DNA of 64,000 nucleotides from Bacteroidia bacterium (GTDB lineage: Bacteria > Bacteroidota > Bacteroidia > UKL13-3): the NCBI GenBank assembly GCA_041675505.1, contig JBAYTR010000004.1, forward strand, positions 52,036 to 116,035, written 5' to 3'. Both the position numbers and the translations under genes were made by a program. The notes beneath the pieces are model-generated. The model saw only the letters and a list, made by a program, of their open reading frames with translations, had not been told where the DNA came from and searched no databases. Each line of letters starts with the position of its first letter. The first letter of the stretch is position 1. Of the stretch, positions 18,659-28,523 are shown piece by piece.

Positions 18659-20596
18659 ATGAGTCATCACGATCACAGTCACGATGCACATGGTCACGCT
18701 CATGAGCATCACCATGAAGAAACATTCATCAGCAAGTATGTTTTCAGTCAGGACCACAAAATGATTGCTAAACAGTTCCTCATTACAGGTATTATAATGG
18801 GGGTACTGGGTATGCTTATGTCAATGGTATTCCGTCTTCAGTTGGGATACCCTGATATGGACATGGCTTTCCTGAAACCATTCTTAGGTAAATGGATAAG
18901 TGTAGATGAAGCTACAGGGTTTGGTAAACTTGACCCTAACTTTTATCTGGCCCTTATTACCATTCACGGTACCATCATGGTATTCTTTGTACTAACAGCC
19001 GGATTGAGCGGAACGTTCAGTAACCTGCTTATTCCATTGCAGGTAGGTGCACGCGATATGGCATCTCCTTTCATGAATATGCTGTCATACTGGTTCTTCT
19101 TCCTCTCCTCCTTCGTAATGTTCGCCTCCTTGTTTGTAGATGACGGACCGGCTTCAGCAGGTTGGACAGTTTATCCTCCGCTGAGTGCGCTGCCTAAAGC
19201 CATACCGGGCTCAGGAACAGGAATGACACTGTGGCTCGTTTCCATGATATTCTTCATTGTATCAGCACTGTTAGGTGGTATCAACTACATTACTACTGTG
19301 TTAAATATGCGTACCAACGGTATGAAAATGTCCCGTCTTCCTTTAACTATTTGGGCATTCTTAATTACTGCAGTATTAGGTCTTTTATCTTTCCCTGTAT
19401 TGTTGGGAGGTTCTTTACTTCTGGTAATGGACCGCAGCTTCGAAACAAGTTTCTACCTGTCAGATATTCCGGTTGATTTAACCGGTGGAGTAGAAAGAAC
19501 AGGTGGTAGCCCTATCCTGTTCCAGCACTTGTTCTGGTTCCTGGGTCATCCCGAGGTATACATTATCTTGTTACCTGCGTTAGGTATCACTTCTGAAGTT
19601 ATTGCCACCAACTCACGCAAACCAATTTTCGGATACCGTGCAATGATTATTTCTATTCTCGCTATCGCGGTGCTTTCATTTATTGTGTGGGCGCATCACA
19701 TGTTTATTACCGGTATGAATCCTTTCCTCGGTTCAGTATTCATGGTAACCACATTGATTATTGCCGTTCCTTCAGCTGTAAAAACATTTAACTACCTGGC
19801 CACCATGTGGAGAGGTAATATTCACTTTACTCCGGCTATGATGTTTGCCATCGGATTGGTGTCCTTCTTTATCTCAGGCGGATTAACGGGTATCTTCTTA
19901 GGAAATGCTGCCTTGGATATTAACCTGCACGATACCTATTTCGTAGTGGCTCACTTCCACATTGTAATGGGTAGCGCGGCTATATTTGGTATGTTCTCCG
20001 GTATTTACCACTGGTTCCCTAAAATGTTCAGACGCCACATGAGCAAGTCTGCGGGTTACCTGCACTTCTGGCTTACCTTCATTTCAGCTTACGGAGTATT
20101 CTTCCCTATGCACTTTATAGGTTTAGCCGGTGTACCGCGCAGATATTATGCAAACACTGCGTACGACCAGTTTAATATTTGGGTTGACGTAAACGAATTT
20201 ATCACTGTTTGTGCCCTGTTGGGTGGTTTAGCCCAGTTAATTTTCCTGGTTAACTTCTTCTACAGCATTTTCAAAGGCAAAAAGACAGAACAAAACCCTT
20301 GGAGATCAAATACACTCGAATGGACTGCTCCTATTGAACATATTCACGGTAACTGGCCTGGAGAAATTCCGTCTGTTTACCGCTGGCCATATGATTACAG
20401 CAATCCGAACTATGTAGAAGATTTCATGCCTCAGAATGTTCCTCACGAAGGACAAACGGATGTGGACCAGGAGTTCGAACATCCGCACCCTGAATTGAGC
20501 AGTAATAAAAATACACATGCCCCGGCTGCTTCTTTTACGCCAACTAACAACATGATGTTTGGCGGATTACTGAAGTTTTTGGGTTTAAGCAAATAG
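18659..20596 (+). CDS. ctaD: Cytochrome c oxidase subunit I
   Basis: Haem-copper oxidase signatures (GHPEVYILLLPALG, WAHHMF, HFHIVMG) across 12+ TM helices. The N-terminal tail is His-rich. Confidence 0.95.
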   Translation: MSHHDHSHDAHGHAHEHHHEETFISKYVFSQDHKMIAKQFLITGIIMGVLGMLMSMVFRLQLGYPDMDMAFLKPFLGKWISVDEATGFGKLDPNFYLALITIHGTIMVFFVLTAGLSGTFSNLLIPLQVGARDMASPFMNMLSYWFFFLSSFVMFASLFVDDGPASAGWTVYPPLSALPKAIPGSGTGMTLWLVSMIFFIVSALLGGINYITTVLNMRTNGMKMSRLPLTIWAFLITAVLGLLSFPVLLGGSLLLVMDRSFETSFYLSDIPVDLTGGVERTGGSPILFQHLFWFLGHPEVYIILLPALGITSEVIATNSRKPIFGYRAMIISILAIAVLSFIVWAHHMFITGMNPFLGSVFMVTTLIIAVPSAVKTFNYLATMWRGNIHFTPAMMFAIGLVSFFISGGLTGIFLGNAALDINLHDTYFVVAHFHIVMGSAAIFGMFSGIYHWFPKMFRRHMSKSAGYLHFWLTFISAYGVFFPMHFIGLAGVPRRYYANTAYDQFNIWVDVNEFITVCALLGGLAQLIFLVNFFYSIFKGKKTEQNPWRSNTLEWTAPIEHIHGNWPGEIPSVYRWPYDYSNPNYVEDFMPQNVPHEGQTDVDQEFEHPHPELSSNKNTHAPAASFTPTNNMMFGGLLKFLGLSK

Positions 20597-20600
20597 TTCA

Positions 20601-21581
20601 TTGATAAATGAAGATGCAGCAGTAAAACGTTTAAGCAAATTTGGTTGGTTAACCATATATGCTGTTTTTCTGCTGATATTTATTGGAGGAGTTGTAAGAG
20701 GAACCGGAGCCGGAATGGGCTGTCCTGATTGGCCCAAATGTTTCGGACAATGGGTACCTCCTACAGATGTGAGTGAGTTACCGGCAAACTACCAGGAGGT
20801 TTATAAAGACCACGGGTATGCAAGTATGGAGTTTAATGTTTTGAGAACATGGACCGAATACCTCAATCGTTTGTCGGGTGTGTTGATTGGGTTCTTTATT
20901 TTTTTGACCGTTGTATTTTCTTTTCCCTATTTGAAAAGAGATGCAGCCATCTTCTGGTTAAACCTGCTTGCTTTTTTGCTGGTTGGTTTGCAGGGATGGA
21001 TAGGTGCCAAAGTGGTGGATACCAATTTGGCCCACTGGATGGTGACTATACATATGTTGCTGGCGCTGGTAATTGTAGGTTTATTAATTTACAGCATTAC
21101 CCGTTCACAGCAGTTTGTGATAGAGTCAACAGCCATAGAAAAGAAAAAGAGTTCTTTGAAAATAATTACGATAACAGGCCTGTTGCTGGCACTTGCTCAA
21201 GTAGTAATTGGCACACAGGTAAGAGAAGAAGTTGATTTGATGCAGCTGGCTTACCAAAACAGCTCGCGTGAATTGTGGCTGGGACAATCGGGTGCAATAT
21301 TCGGTTGGCACAAAGTTTTTTCACTGGCTTTGGTTGTAGCTAATGTGTGGCTCATGAGCACCATTTACCAACAGTTCAGTAACACGCAACTCAACAAAGC
21401 AGCCAACTGGCTCATCATGTCGCTGGGTGCTCAATTGCTGGGAGGTATTTTGCTGGAGAAGTTAGACATCCCTCCTATTCTCCAAATGTTTCACCTGTTT
21501 ATCGGAAGTATTTCCATAGGAATTCAGTTGTATATTTATATACTGGTATTTACAAAAACCCGCTACAGCAGCGGTAACTAA
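20601..21581 (+). CDS. ctaA: Haem A synthase (COX15/CtaA family)
   Basis: GAGMGCPDWPKCFG motif and 8 TM segments with conserved His. A TTG start is needed to keep TM1. Confidence 0.8.
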   Translation: MINEDAAVKRLSKFGWLTIYAVFLLIFIGGVVRGTGAGMGCPDWPKCFGQWVPPTDVSELPANYQEVYKDHGYASMEFNVLRTWTEYLNRLSGVLIGFFIFLTVVFSFPYLKRDAAIFWLNLLAFLLVGLQGWIGAKVVDTNLAHWMVTIHMLLALVIVGLLIYSITRSQQFVIESTAIEKKKSSLKIITITGLLLALAQVVIGTQVREEVDLMQLAYQNSSRELWLGQSGAIFGWHKVFSLALVVANVWLMSTIYQQFSNTQLNKAANWLIMSLGAQLLGGILLEKLDIPPILQMFHLFIGSISIGIQLYIYILVFTKTRYSSGN

Positions 21582-21587
21582 AATAAA

Positions 21588-22484
21588 ATGATTGCGGAAA
21601 AAGCAACACTTGTTCAGTCGGTAAGTTGGTCGCAAAAAATGCGCGATTACAATGAGTTGGTGAAGATGCGCCTGAATTTACTGGTGGTGTTTTCATCTGT
21701 CATCAGTTTTGCCATGGCCTCCTCCGGTAACATCAACTGGATGCAAATGGCCATGCTGTCATTGGGCGGTTTTCTGGTAGTGGGTGCATCCAACGGCCTG
21801 AATCAGATTATTGAGAAAGATTTTGACAAGCTCATGATTCGCACAGCCAACAGACCCGTGGCCACTCATCGCATGAGTGTTACTGAGGCAGCTATTGCCT
21901 CCACCTTAATGGGTATAGCAGGTGTGGTTATTTTGGGGATTTTCCTCAACCAGGTAAGTGCAATGCTGGCCTTGTTTGCTTTACTCTCGTATGCCTTCGT
22001 GTATACCCCCATGAAAAGGGTTTCACCAATAAGTGTATTTGTAGGTGCCTTCCCCGGTGCAATTGCGCCCATGTTGGGTTGGGTAGCCGTAACCGGACAT
22101 ATTTCTATTGAAGCCGTTATTCTTTTCCTGATACAGTTCTTTTGGCAGTTCCCACATTTCTGGTCCATTGCCTGGGTACTGGACGATGATTACAAAAGAG
22201 CCGGATTCAAAATGTTACCTTCTAAAGATGGTCGGGATAAAAAAAGTGCACTACAGAACCTTTCTTTTACCTTGGTGCTTATACCTCTATCCTTTATTCC
22301 GGCTATGTACAACATGACCGGAACCATTTCAGCTTTTGTGTTGCTGGCCAGTGGCTTGTGGTTGTTGTTTTTATCTTACCGCCTGTACAGAACCTGCGAA
22401 ATAAGTGATGCTAAAAAACTGATGTTCGCCTCTTTTCTGTATTTACCTATTGTACAACTAGCTTTATTCTTTGATAAAATATGA
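21588..22484 (+). CDS. ctaB: Protohaem IX farnesyltransferase (haem O synthase)
   Basis: UbiA-type prenyltransferase pattern (NQIIEKDFDKLMIRTANRP, AFPGAIAPMLGW). Confidence 0.9.
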   Translation: MIAEKATLVQSVSWSQKMRDYNELVKMRLNLLVVFSSVISFAMASSGNINWMQMAMLSLGGFLVVGASNGLNQIIEKDFDKLMIRTANRPVATHRMSVTEAAIASTLMGIAGVVILGIFLNQVSAMLALFALLSYAFVYTPMKRVSPISVFVGAFPGAIAPMLGWVAVTGHISIEAVILFLIQFFWQFPHFWSIAWVLDDDYKRAGFKMLPSKDGRDKKSALQNLSFTLVLIPLSFIPAMYNMTGTISAFVLLASGLWLLFLSYRLYRTCEISDAKKLMFASFLYLPIVQLALFFDKI

Positions 22485-23071
22485 GTAGTGTGACTGCACA
22501 AAATATCAAACAAAATAACGATTCGCAATACGCTGTAAACCCTACAAGGTTTGTGTTATGGTTGCTGATTGTTGCCAGCATAATGCTCTTTGCCGGATTT
22601 ACCAGTGCATACATTGTACGCAGAGCTGAAGGAAACTGGATGCAATTTGCATTACCCGCCAGTTTATGGATAAGTACTTTTACTATTTTACTGAGCAGTG
22701 TAAGTATGGTTTGGGCTTACCGCGCAGCAAAAAAAGACAGCATTAATCAGGTAAAATACGGATTGATTACTACACTTGTTCTGGGCTTTATATTCCTGTA
22801 CAGCCAGTACAATGCTTTTTTTGATCTGGTAGAAATGGGTGTATATCTTTCCGGTTCCAACGTGGCCGGTTCTTTTCTGATTATTATTGCCGGAGTACAT
22901 TTCGCTCATATTTTGGGCGGGTTACTTTGGTTAACCATTGTTTTATACCAAAGCTTTAATTTTAAAGTGCACAAAAAGAACATACTCAACATCAGCCTGT
23001 GTAATACTTACTGGCATTTCATAGGTTTGCTGTGGGTATATTTGTTTGTATTTTTTATGTTGTACCGATAA
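22481..23071 (+). CDS. Cytochrome c oxidase subunit III-family protein (short, 196 aa)
   Basis: 5 TM helices with the C-terminal WHFIGLLWVYLFVFF motif typical of subunit III. ATGA overlap with ctaB. Confidence 0.75.
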   Translation: MSSVTAQNIKQNNDSQYAVNPTRFVLWLLIVASIMLFAGFTSAYIVRRAEGNWMQFALPASLWISTFTILLSSVSMVWAYRAAKKDSINQVKYGLITTLVLGFIFLYSQYNAFFDLVEMGVYLSGSNVAGSFLIIIAGVHFAHILGGLLWLTIVLYQSFNFKVHKKNILNISLCNTYWHFIGLLWVYLFVFFMLYR

Positions 23072-23094
23072 TATAATTTTTGAAGATAACTGAT

Positions 23095-23883
23095 ATGTCA
23101 ACAGAAACAACTACCTTAAAGAAACGTTCCATTTGGGCCGGAGGCTTCTCTCCTTTCAATGTGAGCTACGGAAAGCTAATGATGTGGATTTTCCTGCTAT
23201 CGGATGCTTTCTCCTTTTCATCTTTACTGATCAGCTATGGAACAGTAAGGTATGCCCACCCTTCACCTCCGCACGGTAACCCTGTTATTCACGGAGCAGA
23301 AGTAAGACCACTGGGGCACGTTCCCGATAACTTTGTGGAACTTTTAGGAGAAACCAAAGCCGCTAACGGTGATTTCTTTTTCTCCAAAACACACTGGCCT
23401 TCACCGGATTTGGTTTTTAACCACTTCCCTTTCCTGCATGGTCTTCACCTGCCTTTGTTTTTTGTGAGTTTGATGACATTCATTCTGATTTTCAGTTCTG
23501 TTACTATGGTACTGGCGGTAGAAGCAGGTCACCGGATGGATAAACAGAGTGTGGCCAAGTATATGTTTTATACCATCTTAGGCGGAGCAGCCTTCTTAGG
23601 TTGTCAGGCTTGGGAATGGACCCAGTTCATTACCGCAGGTGCATCCTTACAAGGTAACCCGTTTGGCCCTACAGCTTTTGCGGCCTTGTTCTTTATTGTA
23701 ACGGGCTTCCACGGTTTCCACGTATTCAGCGGTGTGGTGATTAACGTAATCATTTACCTGAATGTATTAAACGGCACATACGACAAACGCGGACACTATG
23801 AGATGATTGAGAAAGTTGGTTTGTATTGGCACTTTGTAGATTTGGTTTGGGTATTCGTATTTACCTTCTTCTACCTCATCTGA
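23095..23883 (+). CDS. Cytochrome c oxidase subunit III-family protein (second copy)
   Basis: FHGFHVFSGV and YWHFVDLVWVFVFTFFY subunit III motifs. The ATG at 23095 is preferred over the TTG at 23080. Confidence 0.8.
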   Translation: MSTETTTLKKRSIWAGGFSPFNVSYGKLMMWIFLLSDAFSFSSLLISYGTVRYAHPSPPHGNPVIHGAEVRPLGHVPDNFVELLGETKAANGDFFFSKTHWPSPDLVFNHFPFLHGLHLPLFFVSLMTFILIFSSVTMVLAVEAGHRMDKQSVAKYMFYTILGGAAFLGCQAWEWTQFITAGASLQGNPFGPTAFAALFFIVTGFHGFHVFSGVVINVIIYLNVLNGTYDKRGHYEMIEKVGLYWHFVDLVWVFVFTFFYLI

Positions 23884-23919
23884 TTTTATTTATTGTTAAA
23901 CTACTAAGATTAAAAGTAT

Positions 23920-24273
23920 ATGAGCGCATCACACGATCAACATATCAACGCAATAGAAGGTGCAGGTATCAACCCTGATCAACCTCATGGTACAAAGGAC
24001 ATTTGGAAAACATTCTGGATTCTCTTTGTCTTAACTATTGTTGACATTGCTTTCTATTTCGCAGTTTCTCCCAGCATGTTCCGCAACTGGGTATTCATAT
24101 TTTTGGGTATTGTAAAAGCTTACTTTATTGTGGGTGTTTTTATGCACATGAAATATGAAAGAAAGAACCTCATTCAAACTATCATTCTCCCGGTTTTATT
24201 CATATTGGGCTTAATCGCCACCTGCATATATGAAGGTAATTTCTGGGACAGCATCAACATTAACTTAGATTAA
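23920..24273 (+). CDS. Cytochrome c oxidase subunit IV-like small membrane protein
   Basis: 117 aa with three TM helices, at the subunit-IV position in the cluster. Confidence 0.7.
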   Translation: MSASHDQHINAIEGAGINPDQPHGTKDIWKTFWILFVLTIVDIAFYFAVSPSMFRNWVFIFLGIVKAYFIVGVFMHMKYERKNLIQTIILPVLFILGLIATCIYEGNFWDSININLD

Positions 24274-24932
24274 TGAAAAAATACAAAGAGGCGCTCCTGA
24301 TATTAGTAATAGTAGGAGCGCCTGTTCTTTTTTATTTACTCATCAAAACAGGAAGACAGAACTATTATTTTCTTCCTGTTTACGGAGAGCGGTTTTATGA
24401 TGAGCAAATAAAAGACACCGTTTTTCACACCATTCCCGATTTTAACTTTACCAACCAGGCCAATAAATCTGTATCATTGGCTGATTTTGATACCAGCATT
24501 ATTGTAGCTGACTTTTTCTTCGCCTCCTGCCCTGATATTTGTCCTAAACTCAACCGTAACCTGAGTAAAGTGGTGGAGAAAACAGCAGCCATGCCCAATG
24601 TGAAGTATATCTCCCACACAGTAGATCCTGAAAATGACTCAGTGCCTGTATTGGCCGAGTATGCTGCTCGCTTTAAAGCCGACCCGGCCCGTTGGCATTT
24701 TGTAACCGGCAGCAAACAATCACTGTATGAAATAGCTGAAAAAGGCTATCTGGTTCCCGTAACTGCTGAAGACACCACCATTGACCATACCCAAAACCTT
24801 ATTTTAATAGACCCCTGGAGAAGAATCCGTGGATATTACGATGGACTCAACCCTAAGGAAGTAGAAAAACTTATTGACGAGATTAAGGTTTTACAGGTAG
24901 AAATTCATGAACGAAATACACCAAAAAAATAA
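24273..24932 (+). CDS. SCO1/SenC-family copper chaperone
   Basis: Thioredoxin fold with the CPDICP copper-binding motif, a downstream His and an N-terminal TM anchor. Confidence 0.85.
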   Translation: MKKYKEALLILVIVGAPVLFYLLIKTGRQNYYFLPVYGERFYDEQIKDTVFHTIPDFNFTNQANKSVSLADFDTSIIVADFFFASCPDICPKLNRNLSKVVEKTAAMPNVKYISHTVDPENDSVPVLAEYAARFKADPARWHFVTGSKQSLYEIAEKGYLVPVTAEDTTIDHTQNLILIDPWRRIRGYYDGLNPKEVEKLIDEIKVLQVEIHERNTPKK

Positions 24933-25458
24933 CGATAAACTGGTCTTCAGATTTGTACTGGGGATTTCCATTGCAGTTTTTGCCTTAGTAGTTAGCTTGA
25001 ATCAAAAATTCATCCCCGCTCCTGAAACCACTCCTGAATTTGTGAAATTACTGCCCCTGTTTAACGCTTGTATAAACGGTACTTGCAGTGTTTTGCTGTT
25101 GCTTTCCCTGTATTATATCAAGAAGAAACGTATTGACATTCACAAACGCATCAACCTTACTGCTTTTGTACTCTCTTCTCTGTTTCTGGTGTCGTATGTA
25201 TTGTTTCACTTCTTCGCAAAAGAAACCAAGTTCCCGGCTGACAATCCGGTGAGACCGGTGTATTTAATCATACTCATATCCCACATTATATTGGCGGCTT
25301 TGGTTCTTCCGTTGGTATTGCTTAGTTTTTACCACGGTTTGCAAAACAATGTAGCCACTCACCGTAAACTGGTGCGTTTCAGTTACCCCATCTGGTTGTA
25401 TGTAACTATTACCGGAGTGATAGTTTACCTTATGATTTCTCCGTATTACCAATTTTAA
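24907..25458 (+). CDS. DUF420 membrane protein (CtaM-like oxidase accessory factor)
   Basis: Four TM helices. Size and position after sco are typical of DUF420. Confidence 0.65.
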   Translation: MNEIHQKNNDKLVFRFVLGISIAVFALVVSLNQKFIPAPETTPEFVKLLPLFNACINGTCSVLLLLSLYYIKKKRIDIHKRINLTAFVLSSLFLVSYVLFHFFAKETKFPADNPVRPVYLIILISHIILAALVLPLVLLSFYHGLQNNVATHRKLVRFSYPIWLYVTITGVIVYLMISPYYQF

Positions 25459-25473
25459 ACATAACTTTGCGCC

Positions 25474-25716
25474 ATGAAATACAAAGTGGCTTTCCTCTTC
25501 CTGTTTCTGATGCAAACTTTGTCTTCACTTGCCCAGTGTCCCATGTGTCGGACAGCCGTGGAAACAGCCCGAAAGGGTTCAGATAGCAAGGTGGGTGCAG
25601 GATTAAATGACGGAATACTGTATTTACTGGTTTTGCCTTACCTGTTGGTGAGTATCATCGGGTACATGTGGTACAAAAAGTCAAAGGCACACAAATCAAA
25701 ATCTCAACAAGCATAA
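25474..25716 (+). CDS. Small exported CxxC protein with a C-terminal TM anchor (80 aa)
   Basis: Signal peptide, then QCPMCRT directly at the predicted mature N-terminus, one TM (ILYLLVLPYLLVSIIGYMWY) and a basic tail. It lies in the cox cluster. Confidence 0.55.
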   Translation: MKYKVAFLFLFLMQTLSSLAQCPMCRTAVETARKGSDSKVGAGLNDGILYLLVLPYLLVSIIGYMWYKKSKAHKSKSQQA

Positions 25717-25718
25717 AA

Positions 25719-26123
25719 ATGGGCAATCAACTTACTGAAAATAAATTACAGGCTATTGTACAATGCAAATGCCCCAGGTGCCGGAGCGGAAAAATGTTTT
25801 CTCACCCCGTTACTGATTTAAGGAACTTCACTAACATGAACAAAAGTTGTGAGGTGTGCGGGTTAGAATTTGAGATTGAACCCGGCTTTTTTTGGGGTGC
25901 CATGTATGTAAGTTATGCTATATCGGTTGCAACGGCTATTACATCTGCTGTTGCGCTATATATATTACTCAATGACCCGGATACATGGGTATACATCACT
26001 ACTATTGTGAGTATAATTGTGTTGCTCTCTCCCTTCTCTTACCGCTACTCCAGGGTACTGATGATTTACAACTTCTCTCCCATCAGGTTCGATAAGTCCA
26101 AAGCGAATGTGGCAAAAAAATAA
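25719..26123 (+). CDS. DUF983-family membrane zinc-ribbon protein
   Basis: CPRC...CEVC four-Cys ribbon followed by two TM helices. The ATG at 25719 avoids overlap with the preceding ORF. Confidence 0.65.
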   Translation: MGNQLTENKLQAIVQCKCPRCRSGKMFSHPVTDLRNFTNMNKSCEVCGLEFEIEPGFFWGAMYVSYAISVATAITSAVALYILLNDPDTWVYITTIVSIIVLLSPFSYRYSRVLMIYNFSPIRFDKSKANVAKK

Positions 26124-26150
26124 TGCCTCCCGAAAATTCAGAAGGCATTA
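26114..26150 (-). terminator. recA rho-independent terminator
   Basis: 8-bp stem taatgcct/aggcatta with a 14-nt loop. On the minus strand it is followed by a T7 run (plus-strand aaaaaaa at 26114..26120). Confidence 0.6.
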
Positions 26151-26175
26151 TCATCTGTATTAACTGCTTTTAGTT

Positions 26176-27201
26176 TTATTCCGCTTCTACCTTAGCACGG
26201 TGTCCTCCGGCTGTCATGGCTTTTTCACGTATTTTCAACTCTATTTCATCCGCCATTTCAGGGTTGTCATGCAGCATCTGTTTTACAGCATCTCGTCCCT
26301 GACCGATTTTGGTTTCGTTGTAGCTGAACCATGAACCTGATTTTTTAATGATTTCAAAATCAACTCCTAAGTCTACAATCTCACCAACCTTAGAGATTCC
26401 TTCTCCGTACATGATGTCAAACTCTACCACGCGGAATGGAGGAGCCACTTTATTTTTAGCCACCTTAACTTTGGTACGGTTACCCACCATGTCGTTACCG
26501 TCTTTTAACTGACCAATTCTGCGAATGTCCAAACGAACAGAAGCATAGAACTTGAGTGCGTTACCACCGGTAGTAGTTTCAGGGTTACCAAACATTACGC
26601 CTATTTTTTCACGTAACTGGTTGATGAAAATACAAACACAATTGGTTTTGTTAATGGTACCCGTAAGCTTACGCAATGCCTGAGACATTAAACGTGCCTG
26701 CAAACCCATTTTAGAATCGCCCATGTCGCCTTCAATTTCGGCTTTTGGTACCAAGGCAGCAACAGAGTCAATTACAATGATATCAATAGCTCCGGAGCGA
26801 ATGAGGTTATCGGCAATTTCCAGTGCCTGTTCCCCGTCATCCGGCTGGGCAATAAGCAGGTTTTCGGTATCTACTCCTAATTTTTCTGCGTAGTTTTTAT
26901 CAAAGGCGTGTTCTGCATCAATAAAGGCGGCCATGCCTCCGTTTTTTTGAGCCTGTGCAATAGCGTGAATGGCCAGGGTAGTTTTACCTGATGACTCCGG
27001 ACCGTATATTTCTATGATACGGCCTTTGGGAAACCCTCCTATGCCTAATGCAATATCCAGACTCAATGAACCCGTAGAAGAAGCTTCCACACCCTCTACT
27101 TTACTGTCACTCATGCGCATTACTACGCCTTTTCCATAAGACTTCTCCAGCTTCTCAACGGTTAGCTGTAGTGCTTTAAGTTTTTCTTTATTATCGCTCA
27201 T
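26176..27201 (-). CDS. recA: Recombinase A
   Basis: [11 protein letters not shown] Walker [11 protein letters not shown], and the [37 protein letters not shown] signature. Confidence 0.97.
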   Translation of the reverse strand: MSDNKEKLKALQLTVEKLEKSYGKGVVMRMSDSKVEGVEASSTGSLSLDIALGIGGFPKGRIIEIYGPESSGKTTLAIHAIAQAQKNGGMAAFIDAEHAFDKNYAEKLGVDTENLLIAQPDDGEQALEIADNLIRSGAIDIIVIDSVAALVPKAEIEGDMGDSKMGLQARLMSQALRKLTGTINKTNCVCIFINQLREKIGVMFGNPETTTGGNALKFYASVRLDIRRIGQLKDGNDMVGNRTKVKVAKNKVAPPFRVVEFDIMYGEGISKVGEIVDLGVDFEIIKKSGSWFSYNETKIGQGRDAVKQMLHDNPEMADEIELKIREKAMTAGGHRAKVEAE

Positions 27202-27224
27202 AACTTCTGTAATTAAATAATGTT

Positions 27225-27232
27225 CAAATTTA
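27225..27232 (-). promoter_or_regulatory. Candidate Bacteroidota -7 promoter box for recA
   Basis: The minus strand reads TAAATTTG, a perfect TAnnTTTG, 23 nt upstream of the recA ATG. Confidence 0.45.
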
Positions 27233-27314
27233 AAGAGGTCACTACGCCAAAACGTTACGTAGTGATTTCTTTTTTAGTATACTTTTCCACAACCGTTCTC
27301 ATTCGCTACAAAAA

Positions 27315-27740
27315 CTACTTCACCAGTTTGCCGCTCATGTTAAAGTAGAGTGTCATTCGATCCTTACCATTTTCCAAATGTATAAGGTAAAACTTGCCCT
27401 CATTGTTCAGTTCCATACCTGTTTTGGCTATCTGAAATGTTTTGTAAATGGTGGTTACCTGGTTGGTAATTTGTACAGGCAGATCGGTTTCTTTTATCGC
27501 GTTGTAGGTGCGCAGCCATTGACCTTCGGAGGTATAAAATGTTTCGTAGGTTATTCCATTCTCCACATAAGTGGCTTTGTAAACAATAATCTCCTGCTTT
27601 TCCCAGTTGGCTTGCTTAACGGCAGAATAGTTCATTTCAAATGACTTTTTTACTGTTTCAGGAACAGTAACAGTTTGTGCATTCGCTTTCCAGGTAATGA
27701 GTAATAAGCCGATGGCCATAAGGGTTGTAATCTTTTTCAT
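27315..27740 (-). CDS. PepSY-like periplasmic protein
   Basis: Signal peptide and repeated beta-hairpin pattern (VKKSFEMNYSAVKQANWEK ... YKATYVENG). Confidence 0.6.
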   Translation of the reverse strand: MKKITTLMAIGLLLITWKANAQTVTVPETVKKSFEMNYSAVKQANWEKQEIIVYKATYVENGITYETFYTSEGQWLRTYNAIKETDLPVQITNQVTTIYKTFQIAKTGMELNNEGKFYLIHLENGKDRMTLYFNMSGKLVK

Positions 27741-27791
27741 GTGCGTAATAAATTTTCAGGTAAATTAGAAAAAGAAAACCGGTAAGGCAAG

Positions 27792-28451
27792 CTATTTTAC
27801 AGTTACCTTTTTAAGAAATTTTTTCTCAAAATACTGGCACATATCTTTTAGCCCGCATTCCTCACATTTAGGATTACGGGCCACACACACATAACGACCG
27901 TGCAAAATGAGCCAATGGTGCGCCCGTGCAATGTATTCTTCAGGAATGTATTTTACCAGCTGTTTCTCTGTTTCCAACGGGGTTTTGGCGCGTTGTGTGA
28001 GTCCTAAGCGTGCAGATACACGAAACACATGAGTATCCACCGCCATAGCGGGCATATTGTAAATGACTGAAGCAATTACATTAGCCGTCTTGCGCCCCAC
28101 TCCCGGTAATTTTATCAACTCTTCTATGGTAGATGGTACTTCGCTGTTAAAGTCACTCACCAGCATTTGTACCATGCCAATAAGGTGTTTGGTTTTGTTG
28201 TTGGGGTAACTTACCGTTTTGATATAAGGAAACAGGGTATCAAAATCAGTAGCTGCCAAACTTTGTGGTGTGGGAAAATCTTCAAAAATAGCGGGAGTAA
28301 CCAGATTAATACGTTTATCCGTACACTGTGCCGAAAGTATCACCGCAATCAACAACTGAAAAGGATTACCGTAATGTAATTCCGTTTCTGCCTGAGGGTG
28401 ATTTTTGAGTTGATAAGCTATAAACTGCTCGAAGCGTTCTTTACGGGTCAT
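27792..28451 (-). CDS. nth: Endonuclease III
   Basis: HhH-GPD motif LPGVGRKTANV and a C-terminal 4Fe-4S cluster, C-x6-C-x2-C-x5-C (CVARNPKCEECGLKDMC). Confidence 0.92.
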   Translation of the reverse strand: MTRKERFEQFIAYQLKNHPQAETELHYGNPFQLLIAVILSAQCTDKRINLVTPAIFEDFPTPQSLAATDFDTLFPYIKTVSYPNNKTKHLIGMVQMLVSDFNSEVPSTIEELIKLPGVGRKTANVIASVIYNMPAMAVDTHVFRVSARLGLTQRAKTPLETEKQLVKYIPEEYIARAHHWLILHGRYVCVARNPKCEECGLKDMCQYFEKKFLKKVTVK

Positions 28452-28523
28452 GGTTCGTTAACAAAAGTAGATAGAATTTGTTGGATGCTAAAGCAACTAA
28501 CAAACCTTCTGCTTTGAGGGAAC

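Noticed and set aside
27240-27264. A 7-bp inverted repeat (cactacg ... cgtagtg) lies just upstream of the recA -7 box and could be an SOS/LexA-type operator.
   Set aside because: No similar sequence was seen upstream of uvrA or recN in this window. Its position 50 nt after the PepSY-like gene stop fits a weak terminator equally well, so the evidence for an operator is insufficient.
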